From the NCBI RefSeq assembly GCF_964355755.1, contig NC_092674.1, positions 26,226,001 through 26,290,000 on the forward strand: 64,000 nucleotides of DNA. Direction: 5' to 3'. The stretch is from Antedon mediterranea (lineage: Eukaryota; Animalia; Echinodermata). Below are positions 1-13,347 of the stretch, piece after piece (positions within the stretch are counted from its first letter, which is position 1; the number at the start of each line of letters is the position of its first letter). The notes below the pieces were generated by a model that had not been told where the DNA came from, searched no databases, and saw only the letters and a program-made list of their open reading frames with translations. Both the position numbers and the translations under genes were made by a program.

Positions 1-761
1 GGAAGTGTTCTTTTGATATAGGTGTGTCCCTTGAATAGGGTTGTTTGTAGTGTTGAAACATATATTTCCCTTCATTTGGTATTGTCCCCTTAATAGCGGT
101 GTCCCCTGGATAGGGATGTCCTAGAAGAGGGGTTGAACTATAAAAAGCAGTATTGATATTAAAAACTACAATTTAGTCAGAATAATCTTAGAGACCATTT
201 ATCTTCACAGGCTAGTAGAGTATATCCAGTTTGAATTTATATTACAATATATGCCGCTACGATCAAGGGTTAAAGGTCAGTTTTTATAATTTTTGATTCT
301 TAATCCCGAGGATGATTAAAGCATATTGATCGAAACGTTTGGAAACTCAACAGTTCTTTTATTTTGCTCTGAAATATTCATACAATAAATTTTAAAAAGC
401 AAACTTAAATCTTTGAATAATATGTAATGCGAGTGAATGCATATCTAAAAGACATCTGTTGATGCATTTATTTTTCATACTTATTTAACTGTTCATAAGC
501 TAATAATCCATGTAACTGATGGTTTACATATCTGTACCATTTTATAGCATTAGTAGAGATTTTATGACGATTCACAATGAAAAAAAAATCATATTCAAGA
601 ATCAATTAAACCAAATCTGATAATGGATATGGGTTCTGCTATATTTTAAAATTCTTATTTGAAGTGTTTTGTATTTGTTGTCTTTTTTTTGTCCTCTAAG
701 CTGGGATGTTTGTTACATTCTTATATTTTATATTTGAAATAAAGGATGATTTTATATATAC

Positions 762-3700
762 CTTAGCTATAAATAATGATGTGTCCATGACTGCTTTGAT
801 ATGCTTTAACCAACCACTGTTTTCAATTCCACTTACTAATGCTTCCATACTTGGGTTTTTCAATTCACATACTAAAAAAATGATATAATTAGATATTCTC
901 ACATTCTTTATTTTTCAATACCAAAGAATACAAATTTTGTTGTTTCTGTTTTCACTCGTAAGTCAGAATTTACTAGTCTTATCTAGTACATCTAGAAGAG
1001 ATTGAATAAAGAAATGAGTTTAGGCAGAGGTCCCAACTTGGGAAAGTCCATTCGCAGGAGATTTTGTCGTGAACCACATTCAATTCGTCGGGGCGTCGAA
1101 AGTCAACGCGCGGGGAATCAAAAATCAACACGCGTGTCGTTTACGTCTCCTAATTAACTAAATATGTTACATATACAGTATATACAATATTTACACATAA
1201 GTTGGTTTAATTTTTACATAGGTTTATCCATCATTATTTTTACATTCTTATTTTTTTTATGGACACATCCTCAGTACAAAGAATTTAAAAAATATATACT
1301 GTATTTTAACTAAAATTCAGTATATAAAATAATTTAACTTAATTACATAATGTACAATATTTACACATGATAGTATTGCCCAATAGAATTTACTCATTTT
1401 TTTTAGGCACAGGCCTAGCATAGGGCTTCTACTATACTAGGCCCTAGCTAGCTACCATTTTAAAACCCAAAAACAATCGAAATAAACTATTCCGAATCCG
1501 TCTTATGCTACATTACGCGAGTTAACATATTATTTCAGATGAAAAACATTGAGTTTTATATTGTTTTATCCATACGTAATTACACTGGCATTAAAGATAT
1601 AACATTAAAATGTAGGCCGTTTATGAGCTATTTCGCCGATTTCTTATCGCTGGGAAATTCCCCACCATCGACATCGATCGATCGAGGAGTAGGCCTAGGC
1701 TAGAATAGAATAGAGGCCTAGCGTGCATGCCGGAACGGGTGGATTATTGCAATATAAATAACAAGTTTGAACAAAAGAGCTTACGACAGTCTTAGGTAAA
1801 TTTTTATTAAACGTAGGCCTACTTGCTTGGCGAATCCATATGCCTTTTAAATCATTTGAACATGTTCGTATTATCGGATCGTACAGTAAAACCAAATAAA
1901 ACACCGTCTCAACAACCTCGTGCGATGTGCGATCTGTTGTTCTTTGCAGCGGATCAACATTGGTAGAGTCCATTAATTATGAGGGTGTTTAAAAATGTAA
2001 TAACTATTAAAAACGTGTCTCAACCACTGTGTAATCAAAGCGTTTATTTAGTTAAAACTTGAATCCTCCCAAAATTGATAATCGCGTATTCCGGTTACCA
2101 CGTGATTGATTCACGGTTGGTTGCACGCTTCTTTTTTTTTCTACGTCCGGCGTGTAGTACCGTGCATGTTTATATTATTGTTAAGGCAGTGCATACAAAT
2201 AAAAATACAATAATAGACCACGGAGACTGCATGAATAGACATTGTTTCAACATCCTGCCTCACTTTTGTATTGACTATTGTTGACCTGGGCTGAGCCTGG
2301 GTGTAACCGTAAATCAATTTGGCCAAAAATATGGGAAAATTTGAAAATGTGGACTTAGTACATTTTTCAAGACGAGTAGGGTTTTAGACGAACTAGCACC
2401 GTGGTTGGCAGAATCAACATGATGTGACCATAAAGCGTGGTTCCCACTAGCGACGCAGCGCAGCGACGTATTAATGCAAAGTGCTGTATTGCGTAATCAC
2501 GTGGGAACAGATGACGCAACAGTGCTGCAAACATCGCAGGTTTGATTTCGTGCAGACCACGCAAACACAATTATTGGAAGGGCATTTTCTTGAGTAGGTT
2601 GCGTCGCTAGTCGGAACCATGCTTTAGTGAAGAAGCATGTACTTGAAAAGTGTAACATCTAAGAGACAACATTGGTTATGGAATACTCTATATAAATACA
2701 TTAACATTAGGAAAAGCAAATAATATAAGAAAAAACATTAGTGTATTATGTATTGGTTTCAATTTCCATGTATATAATATTTTTTTTTTTATTTATTTAT
2801 TTATTTATAAACTTATTTACATGGATGACATTTTCATTAAAAATAATGTTCTTACAAATGGTCCATGATAAAAGAAATGTATGCATATAGTGAATAGTCA
2901 TAAGTTACAAAACATTTTTTTGTTGTTTTAGATTATAGAAAGATATACAAGAACATTTTAAATACAGATACAGAATTAATAATTATAATAATTATAAACA
3001 GTAGTAAGTAAGTACATCGCAATTACACAGGTTCTCAAGTTGAGGTTTCTATATAAATACATCATTTTTGTTGTGTTTCACCAATGACACACATTCTCAT
3101 AATGACAGACTTACCTTCAATAAGCTTTTGTAGACTGTTTCTCATAACATGAATGTTTTCAATTCCTATGAATTTAAACTTAATATTTGAATAAAAATCT
3201 GTGTTTTCGTAACCTTTCCCGGAGGCTTTGTTTACCATTGCATTAATCTGAAAATAAAAAATAAAAAATCAACAATCAGTCAAGAGTCGTATTATTGTGT
3301 ATTTAAAAAATGTTTGATTTTTTTTAGATCATAATTTTACAAATGACACTCAATTTGTATTCCACTTTTAAAAAATACAGATGTCTATGGAAGGCAATAC
3401 CTGCCAAAATAATGTGTATATGATGCATATGAAAGGCAATCTCTGCCAAAATAATCCGTATATGATGCATATGAAAGGCAATCTCTGCCAAAATAATCCG
3501 TAGTGCTTTATCTTTTTTGTTTTTATTGATAATTGATCGATGCCAATTTTTAATTGTCATTTGGTCCCATTTTCACATATTTAGTAGTTTTGTTGTATGT
3601 ACTAAAGGGTCTTTCGAAACAGGTGTAAAAGCCTCATAACACAAGATGTATGTAAACGTACCTTAGGCCTAGTATCAACAACATACATGAATGTACTCTT

Positions 3701-6700
3701 AGGGTTTGATTTAAGTATAGCTTGTAGCATCTGTTCATCTTCTAAGCACCTTGCACTGAATCCAGCAAGTGGTTGGCTGCACCGTGTTATAGTAGCCTAA
3801 AAACACAAAAACAATAGGGTACTCAAGTGAAAAAAAACAACATGGTTACTGAATAGAGTAGCCTTCAGAACAGATTTGAGCATGGTGGTAATAAGTATTT
3901 ATCACAAAGAAAATAATTTTGTCCTTTGATGTGTGTTTGATTAACACTACAGTATATACATTCAGTATCATATTCTTGTACAAAAGAGGAAGAACTTAAA
4001 TTAAATCATCTTTTGTATCTAATAACTCCTTACTTATCTTGATGAAGAATAACTGTACTACATACTTTGATATTAAGATCATTATTTAGTTTCAGAAAAG
4101 AACTAGATGAAAATAAATTCACAAGTCAAATAAATTGATTAGAATTAGTAAAGCTCTGTCTCAATATCGAACTGTTTTGGGTTTAAAAAAAAAAGTGTGA
4201 TGTGCCCAAATATGGTAGTGATATGCCCAAGTATGGTACTGACATCATGTCCATATATGGGCACATCACATTTGTTGTCACATAAAGTTTGATAGTGTAG
4301 AGAGCTTAAGTAATATTAGAAAATGTAAGTTAAATGAGAAAAACACTGAAACAATCCCCACCAAGTTCATACTATATGTTACAGACATTAATAAGCTCCC
4401 AATAACAATAACAAAAAATGAATAAAATATGAGCATACATAGTTGTCTCGATGGAGATACGACAAAACTGGCAGTCGCCCTCTACTTCTAAAACTTGCGC
4501 TACCGACAAGCACAGGAGTTGTTGCCGATGTGGGAACATAAATCTGTCTTGGATACGTGTCACAAATCTTTAAAAAAAGAAACACATTCGGTTAACACTC
4601 TTAAAAATTAATTAGAGGCCATTTCTGTCAAAATTACTGTGAGAACTATGGAAGGCAATCAATGACAAATAATTTGTAGATAACATAGATGGAAGTGATT
4701 CATGGCAAAATATAACATTTAGGTAACACTCTTAAAAATTGACGATGGCCATTTCTGTCAAAATGATGTACTTGTATGTGAGAACTATGGAAGGCAATCA
4801 ATGCCAAATAGTTTGAAGATAGCATAGATGGAAGGCGATTCATGGCAAAATATAACATTTAGGTAACACTCTTAAAAATTGATGATGGCTATTTCCGTCA
4901 AAATGATGTACTTGTATGTGAGAACTATGGAAGGCAATCAATGCCAAATAGTTTGAAGATAACATCTATGTGAGGCAATTCATATCAAAATAATGTGTAG
5001 ATGATGGGTTATATTTACATGATAGTTATCGTTGATGCCTGAACGATGCCAATTCTCGTTTGGTATTCCCATACGTGCATACTCCATCTCCATATCCATT
5101 ATCCCCCACCCTTCTGATATCGGTGTATCAATGCTGGCCGACTTATAGTGGAAAGCATACAAATCTCCAAGACGACCTGTAAGTTAAAAGTTTGCATAAA
5201 TTAATATCTTCTTTAAATGCTCAAACGCAGGAAAAGGGCTGATGTTGCTCTGTAAGTTAAGCTCTGTCTACACTATCAAACTAGTTTCACAAAAAAATGC
5301 CCATTTGGACATGATGGATGATGTCACATCACTACCATGTTTGGGCATATCCATACCATATTTGGGCACATCACACATTTTTGGTCAGACTAGTTTGATA
5401 GTGCAGACAAAGCTTAAAGCTTGAATTAAATATTTACCTGGCCTAGATAATTTTAGCAGTGACTTGTAAAGAGATTGGCAGTCTTTTTCTCTTGGTATTA
5501 TGAAGGTCGCCAACTGGAAGGTCTTACAGCGTATCTGGAGAGGGGATCCTGCCGTCGTTAGAGCAAGCTTCTCCACAGATGCAATGTGCATGTGTAATAT
5601 CTATAAACAAATATTAATTTAATACAATTATTTAATGGCTTTGGGTTATAGGTCTAATGATAATGTACTAGATTATGAAATAGTAACAGTGGCATAACAC
5701 AGAGGCCTGAGGTCCCGTAAGTGGCCCTCCAATGCTGGAGGCCTCTGGCATTTTAGCAAGTTAGCAAGTGAGCACTCATAGCCGTTACACCACTAAATTC
5801 ATTCAATTCATTCAAAGTAACATTTATTTTCTTCAAAATAAAACAGTCAACAAAATGGTGTAAAGAAAGGTAATATGATTGAAGAAGGCATGATCAAAAA
5901 AGTAAAAAGCTTGTGACAGACATGCCTAAACAAAGATTAGATAAAAACAACACGAAAAAAGAAAATAAATAAATAAATTAATTAATTAAAAAAATAAAGA
6001 AATAACAATATAAAAAATTTACATAACATGGGTTAAACTAAATAAGTAAAATAACAAAAAAAAAAAAAACAATTTTGGTATAAATAAAGAATTGATTCGT
6101 CTTTTTCTTGTTACTCTAATCTAATAAATACTAAAGAATCAATACAGTATATCCTGTGTATTATATAATAATAAAAATTCAATTTAATATAGCACAAAAT
6201 GCAGTGTGCCTCTAATCAACAGAAAAATAAATAAATTATTAAACTGGTGTATTTTCCAATATTTATCTATTTTGCTCTATTACTGTATCAATTTTATGTA
6301 CAAAACTACTTCTTTTTTTATATTATGAATTCTTTCTTTTTCTTATGTGGTTTAAATTCAAATTCCTTACAATAGATCTTGGATTTACATTCCATTAAAT
6401 TAATAACAGGAAGGAAGATCTACCAATTTACATTACAGGATATCATTATAAGGAAACTTAATACTTTATTTATTTTACTATTATTAAAATGCAGATAAGA
6501 AAATTATTTGTACATCTTAATACAAGATATTTTTTTATAGTTTTTACTACAACATTCTGTTCAATGGCTTACAATATTGTCACTGCAGGTGAAGTAAAAT
6601 CATTTTAATATAAAGGAATATGTTTTTTTATCCGGTTTAAAAATATGCCACTTAGCTATGAGTAAAGATCCTGTTACGTCAGAACTAATCGGTGTAATAC

Positions 6701-9700
6701 ACAGTTCTAATTATAACACTCCAACATCCTTTAATTATGACTTTTCAAAATAGCATGCCTCTTAATAGAGAACATTCTATCTACACTACTATAAAACTAG
6801 TTTAAAAAAATAGGTAATGTGCCCAAATATGGTAGTGATGCACAAATGATATTGATATGACATTGACATCATCATGTCCATATAGGGACATCATCATATC
6901 CATATGGGCACATCACATAAAGTTTCATAGTGTAGATACAGCTTAGTAAAGTAATTATATTGAGACAGTCACACAGGTCAGTAACAATGTTCTTATAAAA
7001 ACTCACCAACACAAGGAGACTGTTAATATAACTAAAGCTAGATTGAAGATACATATTTTGCTTTAAAAGTTTTCTGTTAAATGTCAGATGACAGTTCTCA
7101 ATGACAACATAAACTAAAAGTGTGAACAAGCAGGGTGAGTGACAAACTGACTTAATTAACTTAATTAGTTCTTGTGTGCTATTTCAAGTGTTAAGGTCTG
7201 TCTACACTATCAAACTTTATGTGACAAAAAAATGTGATGTGCCCATATGGACACAATGATGTCATATCACTACCATATTTGGGCATATCGCTATTAATTA
7301 TTATATTTGGGCATATCACACTTTTTGTCACATAAACTTTGATAGTGCAGACACAGCTTTAAGCTAAGTGGTCAATATCAACAAAATAAGTACAGTATAT
7401 AATTATTATTAATTATTCACATTTACTAGCCCAATAGACACAATAAGTGTTGGCAGTGATAAGCCAAGTCTTGCTTTAATGAAATAACTAAATCACAAAT
7501 TAACAAACATAGGCCCTAACCCAACACTTGTGAAAACAGGGAATTTTTAATTACAGGTCAAATTTTGGTCACAAACTTACGTCATAACTTCCTGTTCCCT
7601 TGTTGAAGGTTTAGTTTTTTTTTCAAAATGATATCATCAATTTGGGATGCAGAGACGTCGTAAGCAATAATCACATACATCTTGACGATACCCTACGTCA
7701 CATGACCACCGAGTCACTAATTAACGCGATAGATCTAAGCGGTACGATCTGTGTCCAAGGCACTAAATTTATCATCAGTCATCCTTGAATTTTTGGTATG
7801 TCATAAAATGTGTACATATAATTAATACTACAGCACTGGTTAAATTACAAAGCAAAAAACTTTACCCAGGTCTCCTTCTTGCCAGCTGGATCAGAGAATA
7901 TTAAGTGTGTTGCCGTTAAGTACAAAGCCCCCATTGCTGGCTTCCGTGAATGAAACCGATCAACAAGTCGAACATTATCAATCTTTAAAATAAAATATGT
8001 TAAAAGTTTACAGGCAAATATTGGAGGTTAACATCTAATAATTTTTTTTTTCCAATAAAAAAAAAAGAAATAGTACTTAATTACATTTTTTTGTTCTTAT
8101 GAAATTTTAAACAAACTAGTGATCAGATTTGTTTTCAAATGTAAATTTTTTTTTGTGATATAACGTTTCATAAAACTGAAATAAATTGGCATCAATGTAA
8201 TTATAATGACATTTGTCAATGTCATTTTAATAATATTAATAGAGTGCAAAATGAGGCCTAGGCCTACATCAGCCACCTAATTTCCTGCCATGAAGATGAA
8301 TCATGTATAAAAATACATGCAATGTTAATTTACAGAATGATATATTACTAATACACTACCCAATTCCATAACAAGAACAAAGAAATTACAGGTCAGATAT
8401 TGACAATAATTTTGTAGCCACATGTTTTTGTAAAATCTTGGAACCTACTGCACTTTCACACCTAATCTTCACTATCACTGCTGCACTGTTTTAAAATTGG
8501 GTTATTTGTATGTAAAGAGATTGAGGTGTGAAAGTTCAGAACAGTAGAGTTAGTAGTACTCCAAAAATATATCATTAAAATATTAATTTCATGTTTCTTA
8601 AACATCATTATTTATTTAATATTATTAATATAATTATAAACTAAAAATGTGCAGGCCTATTATTATATAATTCAGGTTTAGCCTAGGAGCTATAGTAATT
8701 ATAATAATATTTTATATATTAAAAATAAACAATTTCCATACATCAATTTTAAAATAATAACACATGTTTTGTTAATTATCCCAGGCCCAAACATCCAGCA
8801 CTCTAGGCCCTATCTCCTAGGCAAGGGCTTATCAATCAATCATGACTGTCACTGTCAGTCTCAAGTTCAACAATTCTAAATAAAACACACACACACAGTA
8901 ATCTCTAGACCTAGCCTGCTGGTGGTAGGAAGCTCTATATAGCCTACTCTCTAGGTAGGCTAGGCGGCGCTAATGCAGTTTCGTACCCACCCCTTAAAAT
9001 TACTCAAAATGATTTCAATACTTCATCTAGCCTACTCACGAGTTGTCTACAGCATTCAGCAAGCATAAAATGGTAAAATATCGATAATTTCTTATTTATA
9101 ACTATTTTTAATCAATTAATAATTGAGCACCCTTCAGAAATCCATCGCCAGCTTTAGCTTCGCGAAAATCATCGCTAGGCCTGCCGATGAAAGTACGGAG
9201 GCCTCATAGGGCATCGATCTATAGAGGACGCTGTTATGATCATATGGCGATAATAAAATATTTTTTACATGTTCCTCGTGAAACGGATTTTAAGTTTTTT
9301 TCATAAAGAAATATTTTGTGTTTAATTATGTTGTTAATTTTTAGAAATTCTATTTATTTTGAATGTTGTGTGTTATTGTCTTGTCAAATTATATTTTTTG
9401 TAAGGGTCCCTAATGATCAGCTTCGACTGGATGGACCACCCTCATAAAATATTGTTGAAATAAATTAATGAATAGTTGCTTCATTATTTAATGTTTAATT
9501 TGATTTTATTTTAATAAACACAACAGGAAAGAAGATAAAAAAGAAGAAATGAAAGACATGAAATGATGTATTCAGTGTCAGCAGAAGTAAAATAAATTCT
9601 AGTAATTAATTGATAGGAAACATTTTTATTATAATTATTGTATTACTGTACATTACATTTCAATAAATTATATCTTTCTGTTTTTGTTCCCTTTCTGTTT

Positions 9701-10808
9701 TTGTTGCATTTCCTATTTCCATGTATTGGAAGAGGTCTTTCATAGGTGAATAAAAAATGTTAATTAACAATAATATACTTCTATAAAATCTTAAAACAGG
9801 GAAACCATTAGCGTTTCTAGTATAGCTAGTGATAACAAATACTAAAACAATTAATTCGTTATAGCTTGATTATTGTGTTATAACATTAACAATGTAACTC
9901 AGGAATGAAGTACTGTAATTCTTTTTATTCATTTCATTTATTTATTTGACTTACAAACCATAATGTAAAATAAACTAAAACAGAGGAAAATTGGTCAGTA
10001 CTTATATCTTCAAGAGTCAGCAGTTCCATATTTATCTTCTTTTCTGTGTGAAATTTTACTAGTAAAATGAAAGAACAAATTAAAAACATGATGATACCCA
10101 CAATGATGAATACAGCAATTGTATAGTACAATATTTCTTTTCTTTATTAAAAATACGAAACGCATGTCGGAAATAATGAATATAATTATTTGGTGCGTGC
10201 TTTAAACGTTAGTAAATACGCCCTCTATAGAACGCAACTGTTTACTCTATTAATAGAGTTAATGTCCTGTGAGGCCTCCGTACTTTTATCGGCAGGCCTA
10301 GCGATGATTTTCGCGAAGCTAAGCTGGCGATGTATTTCCGAAGGGTGCTCAGTATTAATTGATTAAAAATAGTTTTAAATAAAAAATTATCGATTTTTTA
10401 CAATTTTATGATTGCAGAATGTTGTAGACAACTCGTGAGTAGGTTGGATGAAGATTTTGAATAATTTTAAGGGGTGGGTACGAAACTGCATTAGCGCCGG
10501 CTAGGCCTACGTACCTAGTCGCTATTATTAGGCTAAGGCACTAGCTAGGCCTATATGTAGGTCTACTATTATTCCATTTTAGGCCTAGGTAGGCTAGATC
10601 CTACTCTAGAGGCAACTACTACTGGCCTGGCTAGCTAGGCCTAGTTAGGTAAGGCCTAGTAGTAGAGTTTAGATACTCTGCCACGACTGGCCTGGCTGGT
10701 GGTTCCCTCTGGCTGGCCTGGGTAACTTTATAGGCCTAAATTTCGCCAGTTCTAGTTATAACGTTATCAAAAGTACATTCTTACCTTTGGAGTGGTAATG
10801 TGCTCCAT
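762..10808 (-). CDS. MTMR6/7/8: Myotubularin-related phosphoinositide 3-phosphatase, MTMR6/7/8 subfamily; first 8 coding exons, gene continues past position 1
   Basis: GT-AG exons 10808-10785 (MEHITTPK), 7982-7866, 5600-5438, 5176-5019, 4567-4439, 3796-3662, 3247-3115 and 871-762 splice in frame. Motifs LYLTATHLIF, HIASVEKL, CDTYPRQIYVP, FRSRGRLPVLSY, RCSQPLAGFSARCLEDE, DTRPK, GKGYEN, GIENIHVMR and SGWLKHIK match recalled MTMR6/7/8. The catalytic CSDGWDR exon is outside the window. Confidence 0.95.
2434..2623. mobile_element. Harbinger-like MITE, family B
   Basis: TIRs agcgtggttcccactagcgacgca / tgcgtcgctagtcggaaccatgct; flanks taa/tta. Confidence 0.78.
3385..3502. repeat. 42-bp tandem repeat, about 2.8 copies
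   Basis: Unit tatgaaaggcaatctctgccaaaataatccgtatatgatgca. Confidence 0.88.
4152..4306. mobile_element. MITE family A (PIF/Harbinger-like, TWA targets)
   Basis: Family TIR consensus agctctgtctacactatcaaact ... agtttgatagtgtagacagagct with an internal atatcactaccatatttgggc unit. This copy is flanked taa/taa. About 16 loci in the window. Confidence 0.8.
4590..4990. repeat. Tandem repeat of about 140 bp, three copies, filling MTMR intron 4
   Basis: Units start at 4590, 4721 and 4861 (ggtaacactcttaaaaatt...gtgagaactatggaaggcaatcaatg). Confidence 0.9.
5260..5414. mobile_element. MITE family A copy
   Basis: Both TIRs present, tta/taa flanks; 23 nt from the MTMR exon 3 donor. Confidence 0.8.
6775..6943. 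mobile_element. MITE family A copy (degenerate)
   Basis: tctatctacact ... atagtgtagatacagct with the family core. Confidence 0.7.
7194..7359. mobile_element. MITE family A copy
   Basis: ggtctgtctacactatcaaact ... tttgatagtgcagacacagct. Confidence 0.78.
8966..10498. mobile_element. Non-autonomous long-TIR DNA transposon (Merlin/IS1595-like by termini) in MTMR intron 1
   Basis: Inverted arms of about 240-250 bp (8966-9214 and 10262-10498) begin GGCGCTAATGCAGTTTCGTACCCACCCC. Exact 8-bp direct repeat GGCTAGGC at 8958-8965 and 10499-10506. No transposase ORF. The superfamily call is an inference. Confidence 0.85.
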
Positions 10809-11828
10809 GATTTACTAGTATTAAATACTGACAGCTGTGTAAATTAAGCCAGAGTGCTCCAAAATGATGACAAATGTTGACTTTTCATACGACTCGGTCA
10901 ACGAAAAAACGAATTTACAAGTTACAAATACTTCCGGTGTTTTCACAGCAGCAGCAGTCAGGGGGGTCAGGCTCCTCCTACTTTTCTAAACATCATTTTT
11001 ATTCTTTAGAAAAAAAATTACTAAACACCTCTATAAAAACTGTAAAGTGTAATAAATTATTCTGTTACTTTTTCGTCTTCATTTGTGTGAAAACTGTTGA
11101 GCTCTCACAAGATATTAAAACAAATTTTTCCATATTGACCTTTGACACATAGGCCTATATATTTTGTTTTCTTTTTACAATTTTGTTGTGCATGCAGGGT
11201 TTGTGGTGGTGGGGATCCCCTTGTGATGTGGTAGGTTGGTTAAAATGTATAAAAATAAAATAACCTAGCCTATATATGTTTATGCTATGTATAGATTAAC
11301 AATTTAATAGTTAGTAATGAAGACCATTTGGTGAAATGTACTGCATCAGTGCATGCATTTATGAATTACCAATACCAATTGCCATACCATTGCATTTTTT
11401 TGTGCAGGAGGAGGGTTGTGCATGTTGTTGGAGCAACCTGCTCTGGGAGAGATAGAGGGCTCTTCTCCTTATTTTTTACTTTTTATTTTCCATTTGTTTA
11501 CCTATTATGAAATTGATTTATATTAAAATATAATCACTATTAACCGAACATCTCAAACTACATATATATTACGACGACTGTATGATGTCCAGCCGACTGT
11601 GTACCCATTTTTACTCATATCGTCGTAGGCCTAACTGTGTTGTGGGCGATTTTTACTCAAACTACTCTAGTAACTACAAAATATTACTGTTGTGTGTGAT
11701 TTTTTTACGAAAAAGAGAAAAGCTGTTGCACAATGTCAATATTTATGGACTTTTTTTATTTATAATCAACTCATTTTTTTTTATCACAAAAATATTTATA
11801 TATAAATAGGTAGGTATTAAACTGAAGA
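10809..11828. promoter_or_regulatory. Divergent promoter region, MTMR/NUDCD2
   Basis: Divergent ATGs 1.02 kb apart; ETS-like cttccggt at 10931-10938. Confidence 0.45.
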
Positions 11829-13347
11829 ATGTCAACTAGTTTTGCTGAAAAAAGTGGATACATCCCTTGCAATACAGAATGGGGTATGTGGTACCAAACG
11901 CTGGAGGAAGTCATGGTAGAGATAAACGTAGAACCTGGTACCAAACCAAAGGAGATTAGTGTTGTCTTCAAACCAAAACATGTCACGTGTGTTGTAAGGG
12001 GAAAAGATATTATCAAGGTGTGAAATACTGGCCTTTATATAAGGCAATCTAACAACACTGAGCTCGCCTTGCCAAGATAGGAACTCGTAACAGTCCCTTG
12101 ATCTTATGTCTGGCTGCAACAAATACCAACAATACTATGTACAATCTGTATTCTCCATGGTGTCTGTTAAGGGGTGTGGAACTGATCGTGTCGCAGCCAC
12201 AGATAAACCCTTTGATCTCCAGAGCACAGCATCCAGTTGTTAGATTACCTTGGTATAATAGATTATATGCTTGTTTATATATTTATATATTTTATGTTTT
12301 TTAACCCTTTTAATGGCGACTTAATTTTATTTATTTATATTCAGTGAATTATATAACAAACTAAATTTTTTTTTTTTTCAGGGGGAATTATTTGCAACTG
12401 TACACTCGGATGAATGCATTTGGGATCTTGGTAAGATAATCCACTTACACCAAGGCAATCTAACAACAGGATACTGAGCTCCAGAGATCAAAGGGTTTAT
12501 CTGTGGCTGCAACATGATCAGTTTGACACCCCTTAACAGACACAGCGCGCCATGGAGAATATATACATAGTACAGTACTGTTGGTATTTGTCGCAGCCAG
12601 ACCTAAGATCAAAGGACTGTTACAATTTTTATCTTGGCAAGGCGAGCTCAGTGTCCTGTTGTTTGATTGCCTTGCTTAAACTAAACCCAATGAATAGATT
12701 GACATGGTGATATATAAACAATAGTATAATTAATATTCATTTTTTTTAGAGGATAGGAAGTTACTGCGACTGACTTTGACCAAAGGCAATCCATCGGCAG
12801 GCAACTGTTGGCAGTCCTTACTGAAGGGTCAGTACCTTGTTGACCCAATGAAGTTTGACCAGATGGAAAAGAAGCTTACACTGGAAAGATTTCAGAGTGA
12901 GGTCAGTCACCCCTTTTTTTTTCTACACCCCCATCTCTACACCCTGTCCCAGATCCCACTTTCCTACGCCCTGATCACCCTCTTTTCCATACACCCCATC
13001 TCTACAACCTGCACCATCCCTCTTCTCTACACCCTGGGCCAAGGTCTTCTTTACATTCCTGGCCCACCCTCTTCTCTACACCCTTACCTACCCTAACAAT
13101 AAGTAATTCTTTATCAAAATTTAAATATCCTTCTCCAATAGGTTACACAATGTTACATAATGTTGTATGTAATACTGTACAATAAAACTAAAATAACCTT
13201 TGATTTAGCCCTGCATTTATTATTGAAAATTCAGATTTTATTAAATTTAACTACCATTGACTCCCCTTCCAGAATCCTGGATTTGACTTCAGCGGAGCAG
13301 AAATTACTGGGAATTACTCGGGAGGTGGACCTGACCTTCCAAGCTGA
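11829..13347 (+). CDS. NUDCD2: NudC domain-containing protein 2 (154 aa)
   Basis: Exons 11829-12017, 12382-12430, 12750-12901 and 13273-13347 total 465 nt. The product MSTSFAEKSGYIPCNTEWGMWYQTLEEV...KKLTLERFQSENPGFDFSGAEITGNYSGGGPDLPS* matches NUDCD2. Confidence 0.96.
12040..12252 (-). mobile_element. MITE family P (CAAGG termini, P-element-like), copy 1 in NUDCD2 intron 1
   Basis: TIR (c/t)aaggcaatctaacaac ... gttgttagattaccttg; reverse complement of the copy at 12451-12674. Confidence 0.8.
12451..12674 (+). mobile_element. MITE family P, copy 2 in NUDCD2 intron 2
   Basis: TIRs caaggcaatctaacaacagga / tcctgttgtttgattgccttg; flanks cttacac / cttaaac (6 of 7 match, likely 7-bp TSD). Confidence 0.82.

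Noticed and set aside
9934-10131. 65-aa ORF with a hydrophobic stretch
   Set aside because: TTG start, AT-rich transposon interior and no recognisable homology; hydrophobicity is expected from T-rich DNA.
8966-10498. Inverted arms as a duplicated promoter/first exon, C/D snoRNA or SECIS (ATGA...CTGA words, gtgagt donor, short ATG ORFs)
   Set aside because: The exact 8-bp TSD explains the arms as transposon TIRs. The short ORFs differ by a frameshift, CTGA is not kept in both arms, and the SECIS geometry does not fit.
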